From: an uncultured Candidatus Saccharibacteria bacterium
Lineage (GTDB): Bacteria; Patescibacteriota; Dojkabacteria; J137; JAEUSD01
Length of the DNA: 55,801 bases
Direction of reading: 5' to 3'
Assembly (NCBI GenBank): GCA_964446595.1
Contig: CAYUPY010000003.1
Span: 1 to 55,801 of the forward strand
The notes below the pieces were generated by a model. It had not been told where the DNA came from, ran no database searches, and was given only the letters and a program-made list of their open reading frames with translations. The position numbers were made by a program, and so were the translations under genes. Below are positions 26,576 to 35,083 of the stretch, one piece after another (within the stretch, counting starts at the first letter, position 1; the number at the start of each line of letters is the position of its first letter).

Positions 26576-27856
26576 ATGGATTCTAAAGAAACAAAACCCA
26601 CATCACCATTCGTATGGAAGGTATTTATTCCTGTCATGGCTTTTGCCTTCCTTTTCGGAGGATTAGCCATGTTGATAGATACTGGAACGCGACTTACGAA
26701 TTCAGCTGACCAAACGGTAGATACTGCGGTCGCCTTGGCCTCAAGTCTGCCCGATGCCAGCTTCCCAGATTTACCTGTTACCAATAACTGTTGTTATACG
26801 CATGGTTATGATCCTGATTGTAATAACATTGAAGGTGGCTGGGACCGTGGCTGGTATGACTGTGAGAAAGGCGGATGCGAAGCATGTAGAAAAGGAAATA
26901 ATCCTCCCCCAGGTAATGGTGGCGGTGGTGGTGAAAAAGACCCAGACAAAAAACCTTCTGATCCTAAGTGTGTAGTTAATGGCATATGTGGCCCAGGAGA
27001 AAGCCACAAAAATTGTCCTCAAGACTGTGACGAGCTAGGAAATGACATAGGTGGTAGTGATCCGAGTGACGGAAACGATAATAATGGCGGCAGCAACGGC
27101 GGCAGTTCCGCACAAGTGTGTAGACGAGGAAATAGAACCTTTAAACCTGGCCAAACTATACCCCTTGCCCCACAAGGATGTTTTGAAAGAACCTGTACAT
27201 TTGGAAATCCAGCTGAAAACGGTAGCTGTCCTTGTTACATAAACTATGGCCAAAGACTACCCAACTGTGAAACTACAGAGGACATTAGAGCACAACAGCG
27301 TAACCAGGAACTAGAAGAAAAATTCACTGATGCCGAGCAAAGACGTCAGGAAGAAGAGAGGGAAAGGCAAGAAAGAGAATCAAGAGCTAACAATATTTTA
27401 TCTGCATTCCCTAGTATTGACCTACCAAGAGAAGAAGCATATACCCTAGAAATGTTCTCAGGTGACATTAATAATATTCTTGGAATTGATCTAACTCCAA
27501 CCTCATTAGATCCAGAGGTCAGAAGAACAAGTATGGCTAATACCCTATACTGTCGGAACTCTGGTGGTACACCAACCTTTAACGAGCAAGGACTTTATGT
27601 AAGCTGTAATCGACCTGAGGCAACTTCAAGTAATACTACTGCTAATTCACAGACCCCGCCTACTACATCAGTGGCGTGTGAACAAGCAGACGGAGCCTGG
27701 ATAGTTAACCCTATCCTAAAGGACGGGGGATATTGTACTTTCTCTAGCTTTAACACAGGAAGTAATAATCAGACACCAACTACTGCTTATCAATGTATTG
27801 CCGCAAATGGACGGTGGGCACCTGATGCAGAAGGAGTGTTTTCTTGTTACCTTTAA
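26576..27856 (+). CDS. membrane-anchored Cys-rich extracytoplasmic protein with a charged coiled-coil segment
   Basis: 426 aa with a TM helix (VFIPVMAFAFLFGGLAMLI) and many Cys, including NGICGPGESHKNCPQDCD. Contains an E/R/Q-rich helix (QRNQELEEKFTDAEQRRQEEERERQERESR). No family recognised. Confidence 0.5.
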   Translation: MDSKETKPTSPFVWKVFIPVMAFAFLFGGLAMLIDTGTRLTNSADQTVDTAVALASSLPDASFPDLPVTNNCCYTHGYDPDCNNIEGGWDRGWYDCEKGGCEACRKGNNPPPGNGGGGGEKDPDKKPSDPKCVVNGICGPGESHKNCPQDCDELGNDIGGSDPSDGNDNNGGSNGGSSAQVCRRGNRTFKPGQTIPLAPQGCFERTCTFGNPAENGSCPCYINYGQRLPNCETTEDIRAQQRNQELEEKFTDAEQRRQEEERERQERESRANNILSAFPSIDLPREEAYTLEMFSGDINNILGIDLTPTSLDPEVRRTSMANTLYCRNSGGTPTFNEQGLYVSCNRPEATSSNTTANSQTPPTTSVACEQADGAWIVNPILKDGGYCTFSSFNTGSNNQTPTTAYQCIAANGRWAPDAEGVFSCYL

Positions 27857-27883
27857 ACCCAAATATTAAGTAAAATAACTACT

Positions 27884-28825
27884 ATGAAAAAAATAACTGA
27901 ATTTACAAACAATAAGGCGGCAATGTTGGCTTTGCTGGTGGTTGGTGTGATCATCTTGCTATTAGGATTTGTAGCCGCTCTTGTGGCAAGACAAGACGCT
28001 ATTCTTGGAGGTGGGGAAAGGAACATAAATGTAAATGCCGCCGAACTGCTTAAAGCTCATATAAATGAGAATATTGTACCTGCAGTCAAAACCAGCACAA
28101 AGGACGGCACTAATCCTTATGGAATCCTTGTAAAGGATTTAATTGGAGACAACAATGGATTTCATAGCGAAATTTCACTTGATTTTGCCCAAGGGGACCT
28201 AACCATGGCTCTCGATATGAATGGATTTGCCAAGCTGAATAATGAAAATAAAGACTTGGAACGCTATACCGGTGACGGCACCTTAACACTAAATGTTCCC
28301 GGTTATGAGATCATTACACTGACTATCGAAGCGTTATACGATGGTAGTGATTTCTATATTATGCCAACCGGTGCTTTGGGCGATGTTCCTCCACAATTTA
28401 GTTTCCTTAAGGATTTTGAGGGTACAACATGGTATAAAGTTGACAGGCAGGAATTTGATATTGTGGCCAGTCTTTTTAGTGGAATTGATACTCGGGCGCC
28501 TATGCCCCAAGGTTTCTCTACAGAGTTAGCTAAAGATTGGGAAAGATTAAACCTTGGTGATAAATCGAAACCAGCTATGGTTGAAAATATGCGCTTAGCC
28601 TGTTTTGGCGGTGATAGCGGAACTCGATCTATGACCATTTGTTTAAACCAACAGAATTTCCCATTGTATCTAGCTCAGACATCTAGAAACGATTCCCTCA
28701 AAATAGGTATAAACATGCAAATGCTTCTAACAGGTACTAACTTAGCCGATTCATTAATGGAGAGCGTGCAAACACCTCCCGCCGAGCAGGTCAGGAATTT
28801 TAGGAATTTATTGGGATACTCGTAA
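27884..28825 (+). CDS. hypothetical membrane-anchored protein
   Basis: 313 aa with an N-terminal TM helix (AAMLALLVVGVIILLLGFVAALV). No family recognised. Confidence 0.5.
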   Translation: MKKITEFTNNKAAMLALLVVGVIILLLGFVAALVARQDAILGGGERNINVNAAELLKAHINENIVPAVKTSTKDGTNPYGILVKDLIGDNNGFHSEISLDFAQGDLTMALDMNGFAKLNNENKDLERYTGDGTLTLNVPGYEIITLTIEALYDGSDFYIMPTGALGDVPPQFSFLKDFEGTTWYKVDRQEFDIVASLFSGIDTRAPMPQGFSTELAKDWERLNLGDKSKPAMVENMRLACFGGDSGTRSMTICLNQQNFPLYLAQTSRNDSLKIGINMQMLLTGTNLADSLMESVQTPPAEQVRNFRNLLGYS

Positions 28826-28855
28826 TTAGGATTAGAATCTTAGAATGCACGAACG

Positions 28856-28883
28856 CCAGCGGCCAGTTTTAACTGGCCGCTGG
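28856..28883. terminator. 12-bp GC-rich stem-loop between convergent genes (bidirectional terminator candidate)
   Basis: ccagcggccagt-ttta-actggccgctgg lies between the stop at 28825 (+) and the trxB stop at 28909 (-). Confidence 0.55.
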
Positions 28884-28908
28884 TTATGACAGAATACGAA
28901 GTAAAGGC

Positions 28909-29847
28909 CTAATGTAGTTCCAGCCACTTTTGCGCATCCAGCGCTGCACGACAACCGGCACCAGCCGCAGTAATTGCTTGGCGATACTTATGATCCTCAA
29001 CGTCGCCAGCCACAAACACACCCTCAATATTAGTATGAACTCCATCAATAGATGATACATAACCTTCATCTGTTAAGGATACGCCATTCATATAGCCAGT
29101 CACCGGAATGTGTCCGATTGCCAGAAACATGCCATCCACATTCAGTTCGAACTCTTTTTGTTCTTGGTTATCCCAAAGCTTTAACCTATCAACCTTACCT
29201 GTTGACTTATCCCCAAGTACTTCTCGCACTTCGGCATTCCAAATGAACTCAATTTTTTCGTTAGCCATAGCCCTCTCTTGCATCACCTTACTAGCACGCA
29301 ATTCATCACGACGATGAATCACATAAACTTTGCTAGCATGATGAGTAAGGAAGGTAGCCTCTTCCATGGCACTATCTCCACCACCAATTACAGCCACTTC
29401 TCGGTTCTTAAAAAATGCCCCGTCACAGGTAGCACAACTAGAGACACCCTTACCCCAATACTCTTCCTCACCCGGAATAGTCAGCTTACGAGGCAAGGCT
29501 CCGGTTGCCAAAATAATGGCCTCAGCAGTTAGCTGCTTACCTGTGGAGGTCGTTATTTTTTTGGGGCTTCCAGCCAATTCTACAGATTCCACATTTTCAT
29601 AAATTAGCTTTGCTCCCCAGCGTTCAGCCTGTTTAATGAAATTTGTCATTAAGGCTGGTCCTTGAATACCTTCTGGAAACCCAGGGAAGTTTTCTACTTC
29701 TGTGGTTTGCATTAGCTGGCCGCCTGGTTCATAGCCTGCTACTACCACTGGAGCCAAACCGGCGCGGCCAGCGTAAATAGCAGCGGTCAGGCCCGCAGGG
29801 CCTGACCCGATAATAATTACTTTGTGAGTTTCATTTGCCATATGCAT
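28909..29847 (-). CDS. trxB: thioredoxin-disulfide reductase
   Basis: Motifs IIGSGPAGLTAAIYAGRA, redox-active CATCDG, and GGGDSAMEEA (NADPH site). Confidence 0.92.
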   Translation of the reverse strand: MHMANETHKVIIIGSGPAGLTAAIYAGRAGLAPVVVAGYEPGGQLMQTTEVENFPGFPEGIQGPALMTNFIKQAERWGAKLIYENVESVELAGSPKKITTSTGKQLTAEAIILATGALPRKLTIPGEEEYWGKGVSSCATCDGAFFKNREVAVIGGGDSAMEEATFLTHHASKVYVIHRRDELRASKVMQERAMANEKIEFIWNAEVREVLGDKSTGKVDRLKLWDNQEQKEFELNVDGMFLAIGHIPVTGYMNGVSLTDEGYVSSIDGVHTNIEGVFVAGDVEDHKYRQAITAAGAGCRAALDAQKWLELH

Positions 29848-29864
29848 GTACTCCTTGATTAGTA

Positions 29865-30302
29865 TTAAGCAGCTTCAGCCATCTTGTCAGTATCAACACC
29901 AACAGCTTGCATCCACTGCAACATCATTGGTTCTGGACGAAAACCTACAGCTACTGAGAACTTTCTCTCTGTATGTTCATCTTCAGCAAAAATCACACCC
30001 TTCTCATCATCTTCTTTTTCCTCATTTTCTGCAACCGCTTTCTGAGAAGCGTAAAGATACATTGTCGGAATACTCATAATGCCGTAACGCTCAGCTAGCT
30101 CACGGTTGTTGTCCACATCTACTTTCACCACTTCTAGCTGCTCTTCAAGTCCTTCAGCTAGGCGCTCAATTACTGGTTCTGCAGCCTTACATGGACCACA
30201 CCACTCTGCCCAAAAATCTACTAGCACGAATTTGTCTGTAAGTTCTTTTAACTTATTGTCAAATTCTTCTGCATTCTTTACGTTATGGATATTGTTTGCC
30301 AT
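29865..30302 (-). CDS. trxA: thioredoxin (with acidic insertion/extension)
   Basis: FWAEWCGPCK active site and SIPTMYLY. An acidic stretch of about 25 aa (AENEEKEDDEKG...) sits in the C-terminal half. Confidence 0.85.
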   Translation of the reverse strand: MANNIHNVKNAEEFDNKLKELTDKFVLVDFWAEWCGPCKAAEPVIERLAEGLEEQLEVVKVDVDNNRELAERYGIMSIPTMYLYASQKAVAENEEKEDDEKGVIFAEDEHTERKFSVAVGFRPEPMMLQWMQAVGVDTDKMAEAA

Positions 30303-30321
30303 ATGATTGTTTAATATTTAG

Positions 30322-30582
30322 TTAAGATAGTTTAAATAGGTCTTTGACTAGTGAACGTAGTTTGGTTATTTGTGAATCAGGATCTTGCTGGCTTTGTTCT
30401 ACGCAACAAATAGCTTCGTTTTCGATCAGTTTTTCCCCTAGTGAGGCTAAACTAGCACGAACAGCCTGGATCTGTACAATAATATCATTACAGTCTCGAT
30501 TCTCGTCAATCATGACTGAGATGCCGTTTAACTGTCCTTTAATCCGGCTTACTCGTTTTTTAATATCTGTTGGTGCGACCAT
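30322..30582 (-). CDS. CsoR/RcnR/CstR-family (DUF156) metal- or thiol-sensing transcriptional repressor
   Basis: 86 aa. RIKGQLNGISVMIDENRDCNDIIVQIQAVRASLASLGEKLIENEAICC is colinear with M. tuberculosis CsoR (RGHLDGIVRMLESDAYCVDVMKQISAVQSSLERANRVMLHNHLETC). Confidence 0.8.
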   Translation of the reverse strand: MVAPTDIKKRVSRIKGQLNGISVMIDENRDCNDIIVQIQAVRASLASLGEKLIENEAICCVEQSQQDPDSQITKLRSLVKDLFKLS

Positions 30583-30585
30583 AGC

Positions 30586-30602
30586 ATACCCCCATGGGGT
30601 AT
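30586..30602. promoter_or_regulatory. CsoR-type operator (ATACCCC-cat-GGGGTAT inverted repeat)
   Basis: Perfect 7-3-7 G/C-tract inverted repeat flanked by AT. It lies 3 nt upstream of the csoR-like start codon and abuts the -10 box. It has the same architecture as published CsoR-family operators (ATACCCC...GGGGTAT type). Confidence 0.6.
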
Positions 30603-30631
30603 ATATTACACCTCAAAGAAAAATCTGTCAA
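30603..30631 (-). promoter_or_regulatory. near-consensus sigma70 promoter of the csoR-like/trxA/trxB operon
   Basis: The minus strand reads TTGACA - 17 nt (gatttttctttgaggtg) - TAATAT. The -35 overlaps the TGA stop of the upstream GT2 gene. Confidence 0.6.
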
Positions 30632-31356
30632 AACAAATTAAACTTTAGAATTTCAGCCAGTGCTTTAAAGCCATCTTTGAAAGCCTTCATATGCTTACCC
30701 TCTTCAATGCTACGAGGGAAATAAGTAATAGGAAGTTGTTGCCAAGCAATTCTGGACCCGTCAGCATGGCGAAATTTGGAGAACTTCGCAGTTATTTCTG
30801 GTTCAAAACCGAAGTTAGATTTTGATTCGATTGATTTAGCTAACTCACGGAAGATATCTCCCTTAGCCATCTTATAACAAACTTCCATATCCCTAGTCCA
30901 CATTTTGGCTCTCAGTCCTGTAAAGAAAGCTGAAACTAAACTTAGGAAACTATTTCCAAGCCAGTTTTGCAAATATATGACCTTATTATTACGCCCGAAC
31001 CGATTACCGTAGACTACATCTACATTGGTAGTCTTAAACAGCTTTACAAATTCAACAAGCTCAGTAGGGTCATATTCTAAGTCAGCATCCTGGATCACAA
31101 CTAGATCGCCGCTAGAAGCTAGAATACCCTTTTTGACTGTTTGGCTTTTGCCAACATTCTTTTTATTTTCAAGGATCTTATAATGCTTTTCTTTTTTTAA
31201 GTCGGCCAGGATCTGAGCTGTGCCATCAGTTGAGGCATCATTGACTATGACTATTTCTTTTTCTAGGCCAAAGTCTACAGTTTCCACTTTATTTAAAAGT
31301 TGCGAGAGAGTAGCCTGTTCATTGTAGACTGGAATAATTAGTGAAAGTTTCTTCAT
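30628..31356 (-). CDS. family 2 glycosyltransferase (polyprenol-phosphate sugar transferase-like)
   Basis: Start MKKLSLIIPVYNEQ at 31356, which avoids overlap with radC. Motifs VNDASTDGT and IQDADLEYDP (DxD). Confidence 0.8.
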   Translation of the reverse strand: MKKLSLIIPVYNEQATLSQLLNKVETVDFGLEKEIVIVNDASTDGTAQILADLKKEKHYKILENKKNVGKSQTVKKGILASSGDLVVIQDADLEYDPTELVEFVKLFKTTNVDVVYGNRFGRNNKVIYLQNWLGNSFLSLVSAFFTGLRAKMWTRDMEVCYKMAKGDIFRELAKSIESKSNFGFEPEITAKFSKFRHADGSRIAWQQLPITYFPRSIEEGKHMKAFKDGFKALAEILKFNLF

Positions 31357-31363
31357 CCGGTGA

Positions 31364-32029
31364 TTATAGCTTGCCCTCCACTCTAAAGCTATAAAACTCT
31401 TCATGTGGGCTTACAATCAAATGATCAAGTAACTTTATACCTATTAGTTTTGCAGCTTTATCTATATGTTGTGTCACTTTTATGTCTTCCTGGCTGGGAG
31501 TAGTATCTCCGGATGGATGATTGTGAACCAAGAATATTCCAGCGGCATAGTCCTTAATAGCTGGGAGAAATACTTCTCGTGGATGAATTAGAGTACTGTT
31601 TAAGGTACCTATTGAAATTATGTGCCTATTAATTAATTCCTGTGCTCCGTTAATACTAATGACAACTAGGTATTCTTTTTTCTTGGACATCAAGTCAGAT
31701 ACCAAAGGCAAAATCTGCTGGGGTGTTGTGTAACGATGCCTTGTCTGGTTTTGCATGCGGCGGCCGATTTCGGCCGCCGCCAATATCCTGCAAACCGAGA
31801 CCTTCCCCAGCCCAGGCACCAATTGTAGGGTGCTGGAAGATTGCCTGGGCTGATTCTGCAGAAGTGTCTCCAAATAAGTAGCTATTTGGGCAACATTATG
31901 TTTAGCATTGCCTGAGCCAATAAGTACTTGTAGAAGCTCGTTAGTCGTAAGCACCTCTGCTCCCCTTTCCAGTAATTTCTCACGGGGACGCTGGCTGTGG
32001 ACTAAGTCTCTTGGTGATTTCAGTTTCAT
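31364..32029 (-). CDS. radC: RadC-family JAB/MPN domain protein
   Basis: Motifs LLQVLIGSG and the JAMM motif HNHPSGD, with LDHLIV. ATG 32029 is preferred over the TTG at 32035. Confidence 0.85.
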   Translation of the reverse strand: MKLKSPRDLVHSQRPREKLLERGAEVLTTNELLQVLIGSGNAKHNVAQIATYLETLLQNQPRQSSSTLQLVPGLGKVSVCRILAAAEIGRRMQNQTRHRYTTPQQILPLVSDLMSKKKEYLVVISINGAQELINRHIISIGTLNSTLIHPREVFLPAIKDYAAGIFLVHNHPSGDTTPSQEDIKVTQHIDKAAKLIGIKLLDHLIVSPHEEFYSFRVEGKL

Positions 32030-32085
32030 AACCAATCCTATCTAGCCAAGGTTAAGTAAAAATTAAATCATGCTAAACTTTATAA

Positions 32086-32412
32086 ATGGAACAAAAACCT
32101 CCAGCAGCACCAAAATATGTACAATTGGCTACAGTAAAGAAAAGAGAGGTTATTTTTAATAGCTTCTTAGGAGGACTTGCCTGGGGAGTAGGCTCAGTAA
32201 TCGGTGCAACTATTATCATTGCCTTGATCGGACTTATTATTTCTCGTTCTCAGAATGTCCCCTTTTTGGGAGAAATTACAGAAGCCATACTAGAACAAAT
32301 TGAAGAAGGAAGGGAAGCTTTTAATGAACAGTTCCGAGAAGACATGGGAGCCAACGGCAGCACTAGTTATCCAACATCGTATACTACCCCGCAATCAAAC
32401 ACAGCTGAGTAA
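32086..32412 (+). CDS. small membrane protein, unknown function
   Basis: 108 aa with a central hydrophobic hairpin (FLGGLAWGVGSVIGATIIIALIGLII). Confidence 0.5.
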   Translation: MEQKPPAAPKYVQLATVKKREVIFNSFLGGLAWGVGSVIGATIIIALIGLIISRSQNVPFLGEITEAILEQIEEGREAFNEQFREDMGANGSTSYPTSYTTPQSNTAE

Positions 32413-32414
32413 GA

Positions 32415-34457
32415 TTAGAATCCACCACCAAATCCGCCACCTCCGCCACCTCCAGAAAACCCACCGCTAAATCCACCACTACTCCACCCGCCGCCACTAG
32501 CAGAGTTGGATTGAACCTGTGTATAAACCACAGAATTCATGTTAGTAGAAAAATTCCTAGTGAACTGGCTTAAGACGTAGACGTCCCACACATCAATATG
32601 ATCGGATTCATACCAATCAGGCTGTCCATTATAAATACCTTCAAATTTCTGAGCCCACTCTTTCTCTATTTGAAAAGCTACAGCATACGAAAGATATTTC
32701 TCAAACTCTTCTGGGGAGAGGTTCTGGAGGCGATAACGTTCAGCAAAATCTAAGTACATTTTAAAACCTAGGATTTCGGCGAATAGCTTACTCCCTTTAG
32801 AAGTCTTAGCTGGCATATAGTTCGCTGCAATCATATAAGCTACTCCTGCAACTACCGCTGCTACCCCCAACATAAAAGGGCCGAAAAAACTAATAAACTC
32901 TATGAACGGAAAAGATAGGAAAATTGCCGCAAAAACTCCAATACCGAATAGAAAAATACCTATACCAAAATATTGCCCCCTTACTGACTCAGGTAAGCGC
33001 TTAAAGTACCCATCAGAAACCATCTTACGCGCAATTTTCTTTGTGAGTAACTGGTATTTCGCATAAAAAGTATTCTTTAAGTCTTTTGTCTCCACCTCAC
33101 TCGCGTCACCAAATAAATCTGCAATTAATTGTGCTTCAACATCATCTAGTTCGGCCTGATCTTTATCCAATAGAGTAAGGCGATAGTTCTTACGAGAATC
33201 TAGTTCTTTAATCTTAATGAAACCACGATAAGCCAAATCGATAATACTACTTGTAACATCTTCCCGATCTACACGCTCATCTTTAACCGAGCCTAGCAGA
33301 TATGGACGAATGCCCTTTGGGGGCTGATAAATTGGAATAATTGTTTTCGGCATATTCTCATCACGACCATTTGTAGCCCAATGACTATAGATTAAATAGA
33401 CTGCCAGCGGAGTAATAATCAAGCCAAGCATATTTAGCAATACTATCAGTCCAATTGCAATCATAATTGGAGTTGTTGGCGTCAACGAATAGGTATAATA
33501 AATCTGACCATCTGGAGTAACCCGTGCCGCATATGTTTCAGGGAGAAAACCTGGTCTACTAAATTCGATTTCATATTCACCAGTTGGCAACCCTAATAAC
33601 GGCGAACCAACTCCAACTAACTCTGTATCTTGAAACTTAATTGTAGGACCCCCAAATGGAAAAAGCTGCGTAAAGTGTAATGTACCAAACATATCCACAG
33701 CAGACTTATTAATTGGATAAGCTACAGTTACAGCTCCGGCCGCACGTGGCAGGTCCTGAGTTTGAAGTTTAATAGTACTACCAGCGGTAGAGGTGCGGAA
33801 CTCCTGTGAGTTTAAAGTGTAGATTTCTAGATTACTTTCATTAATCGGAGTACCAGAGGGGAAATTTATGGTGATTGATGCTTTATCCAATTGGCCATCA
33901 CGTTCTGCGTAAAGAGCGTTCCAGTAAAGATAAGTGGCGTCATCGTCGTAGATCAATCCTCCTAAGACCCTATACTCTAACGTCCAGGTAAATTGCTCAT
34001 TTTGGAGAAATTTTCCTCCTGGCCAAACCTCCCAGCGCACTACAAGATGGCGTTTGCCAGAATCTTCATCTGTTTGAATAGAAAGTTCGTAGTCTTGCGG
34101 GTCTACTAGGGCACCTGACTCATCATATACCCCGGTTATGGTGATGTATTCAAAGTTTCCACATGTAAGACCAGCATTACTGGCACACTCTCGGTCACGT
34201 TGTGGGTCTTCGAGTGTAATACCGCGCAGGACACCGCGAGACTGCCCGTTAAATGTTAATGTGGCAGTCTCGCGCACATCAAATGTGGAGTCCTTATTTA
34301 CTGTAATCTCTACGTCTAGCTGGTCAGTGGTAATAGACTGAGCGGCTACCTCAATAAAACTAGTGGTAGCCGCTCCGACCAAGCCCAAAGCGCAAAATAG
34401 CGCTATAAGCAGTAACTTTAAAAATATGTTTTTACTCTTTAGCTTTTGCACTTTCAT
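32415..34457 (-). CDS. DUF2207-family membrane protein
   Basis: 680 aa: signal/TM, a large extracytoplasmic domain, several TM helices, and a C-terminal Gly-rich tail (GGGWSSGGFSGGFSGGGGGGGFGGGF) typical of DUF2207. Directly downstream of LemA, which is the classic pairing. Confidence 0.75.
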   Translation of the reverse strand: MKVQKLKSKNIFLKLLLIALFCALGLVGAATTSFIEVAAQSITTDQLDVEITVNKDSTFDVRETATLTFNGQSRGVLRGITLEDPQRDRECASNAGLTCGNFEYITITGVYDESGALVDPQDYELSIQTDEDSGKRHLVVRWEVWPGGKFLQNEQFTWTLEYRVLGGLIYDDDATYLYWNALYAERDGQLDKASITINFPSGTPINESNLEIYTLNSQEFRTSTAGSTIKLQTQDLPRAAGAVTVAYPINKSAVDMFGTLHFTQLFPFGGPTIKFQDTELVGVGSPLLGLPTGEYEIEFSRPGFLPETYAARVTPDGQIYYTYSLTPTTPIMIAIGLIVLLNMLGLIITPLAVYLIYSHWATNGRDENMPKTIIPIYQPPKGIRPYLLGSVKDERVDREDVTSSIIDLAYRGFIKIKELDSRKNYRLTLLDKDQAELDDVEAQLIADLFGDASEVETKDLKNTFYAKYQLLTKKIARKMVSDGYFKRLPESVRGQYFGIGIFLFGIGVFAAIFLSFPFIEFISFFGPFMLGVAAVVAGVAYMIAANYMPAKTSKGSKLFAEILGFKMYLDFAERYRLQNLSPEEFEKYLSYAVAFQIEKEWAQKFEGIYNGQPDWYESDHIDVWDVYVLSQFTRNFSTNMNSVVYTQVQSNSASGGGWSSGGFSGGFSGGGGGGGFGGGF

Positions 34458-35034
34458 CGCTAAAGCTTACCTTTACATTTTCTCTTTCACCTTCTGCTAC
34501 CTCAAAGAATTCGCGTCGTTTAATGTTTGGAAAGAATCCCACAATAAAATTGTTAGGGAACACCACAATCTGAGTGTTGAGATCACGAGCCACTCCATTA
34601 TAGTAACGGCGAGCACCTTCGATTTCAGTTTCAATATCTTCTAGGGTATTTTGCAGCTCTAGGAAATTCTTATCTGACTTTAGCTCAGGATAAGCTTCCG
34701 AAACAGCAAATAAACTCTTTAAGGTAGAGCGCAACTCCCCTTCCATCACTCCTAATTCCTTTGGATCATCTGTATTCATCATTCCAGAGCGCAATTCGGA
34801 AACGCGGGTAAAGATTTTTTCCTCTTGTTTTGCGTAGCCTTTGACTGTTTCTACCAAGTTGGGAATAAGGTCAAAACGCTTCTTCAGTTGTACGTCAATG
34901 CCACTCCAAGCCTCATCAGCCAACACATTTAACCTCTGTAATCGGTTGTAAATAGCTACCACAAAACCTACCAACCCTAGCCCTACAGCTATTACAGCAC
35001 AGGCACAGAGAAAAATAATAAAAATTAGGTCCAT
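34432..35034 (-). CDS. lemA: LemA family protein
   Basis: N-terminal TM helix. Motifs YNRLQRL...AWSGIDVQLKKRFDLIPNLVETVKGYA...SEAYPELKSDKNFLELQ...ARRYYNG. Confidence 0.85.
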   Translation of the reverse strand: MDLIFIIFLCACAVIAVGLGLVGFVVAIYNRLQRLNVLADEAWSGIDVQLKKRFDLIPNLVETVKGYAKQEEKIFTRVSELRSGMMNTDDPKELGVMEGELRSTLKSLFAVSEAYPELKSDKNFLELQNTLEDIETEIEGARRYYNGVARDLNTQIVVFPNNFIVGFFPNIKRREFFEVAEGERENVKVSFSDESAKAKE

Positions 35035-35083
35035 CTTAATGAAATAATAGATAATTTATTCTTTAAACAATTATAAGACAAAT

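Noticed and set aside
34432-34457. The 26-nt overlap between LemA and DUF2207, and the 4-nt convergent overlap at 42237..42240, considered as possible frameshift or fusion signals.
   Set aside because: Both proteins are full length with their own family-typical termini. Short overlaps are normal in compact genomes.
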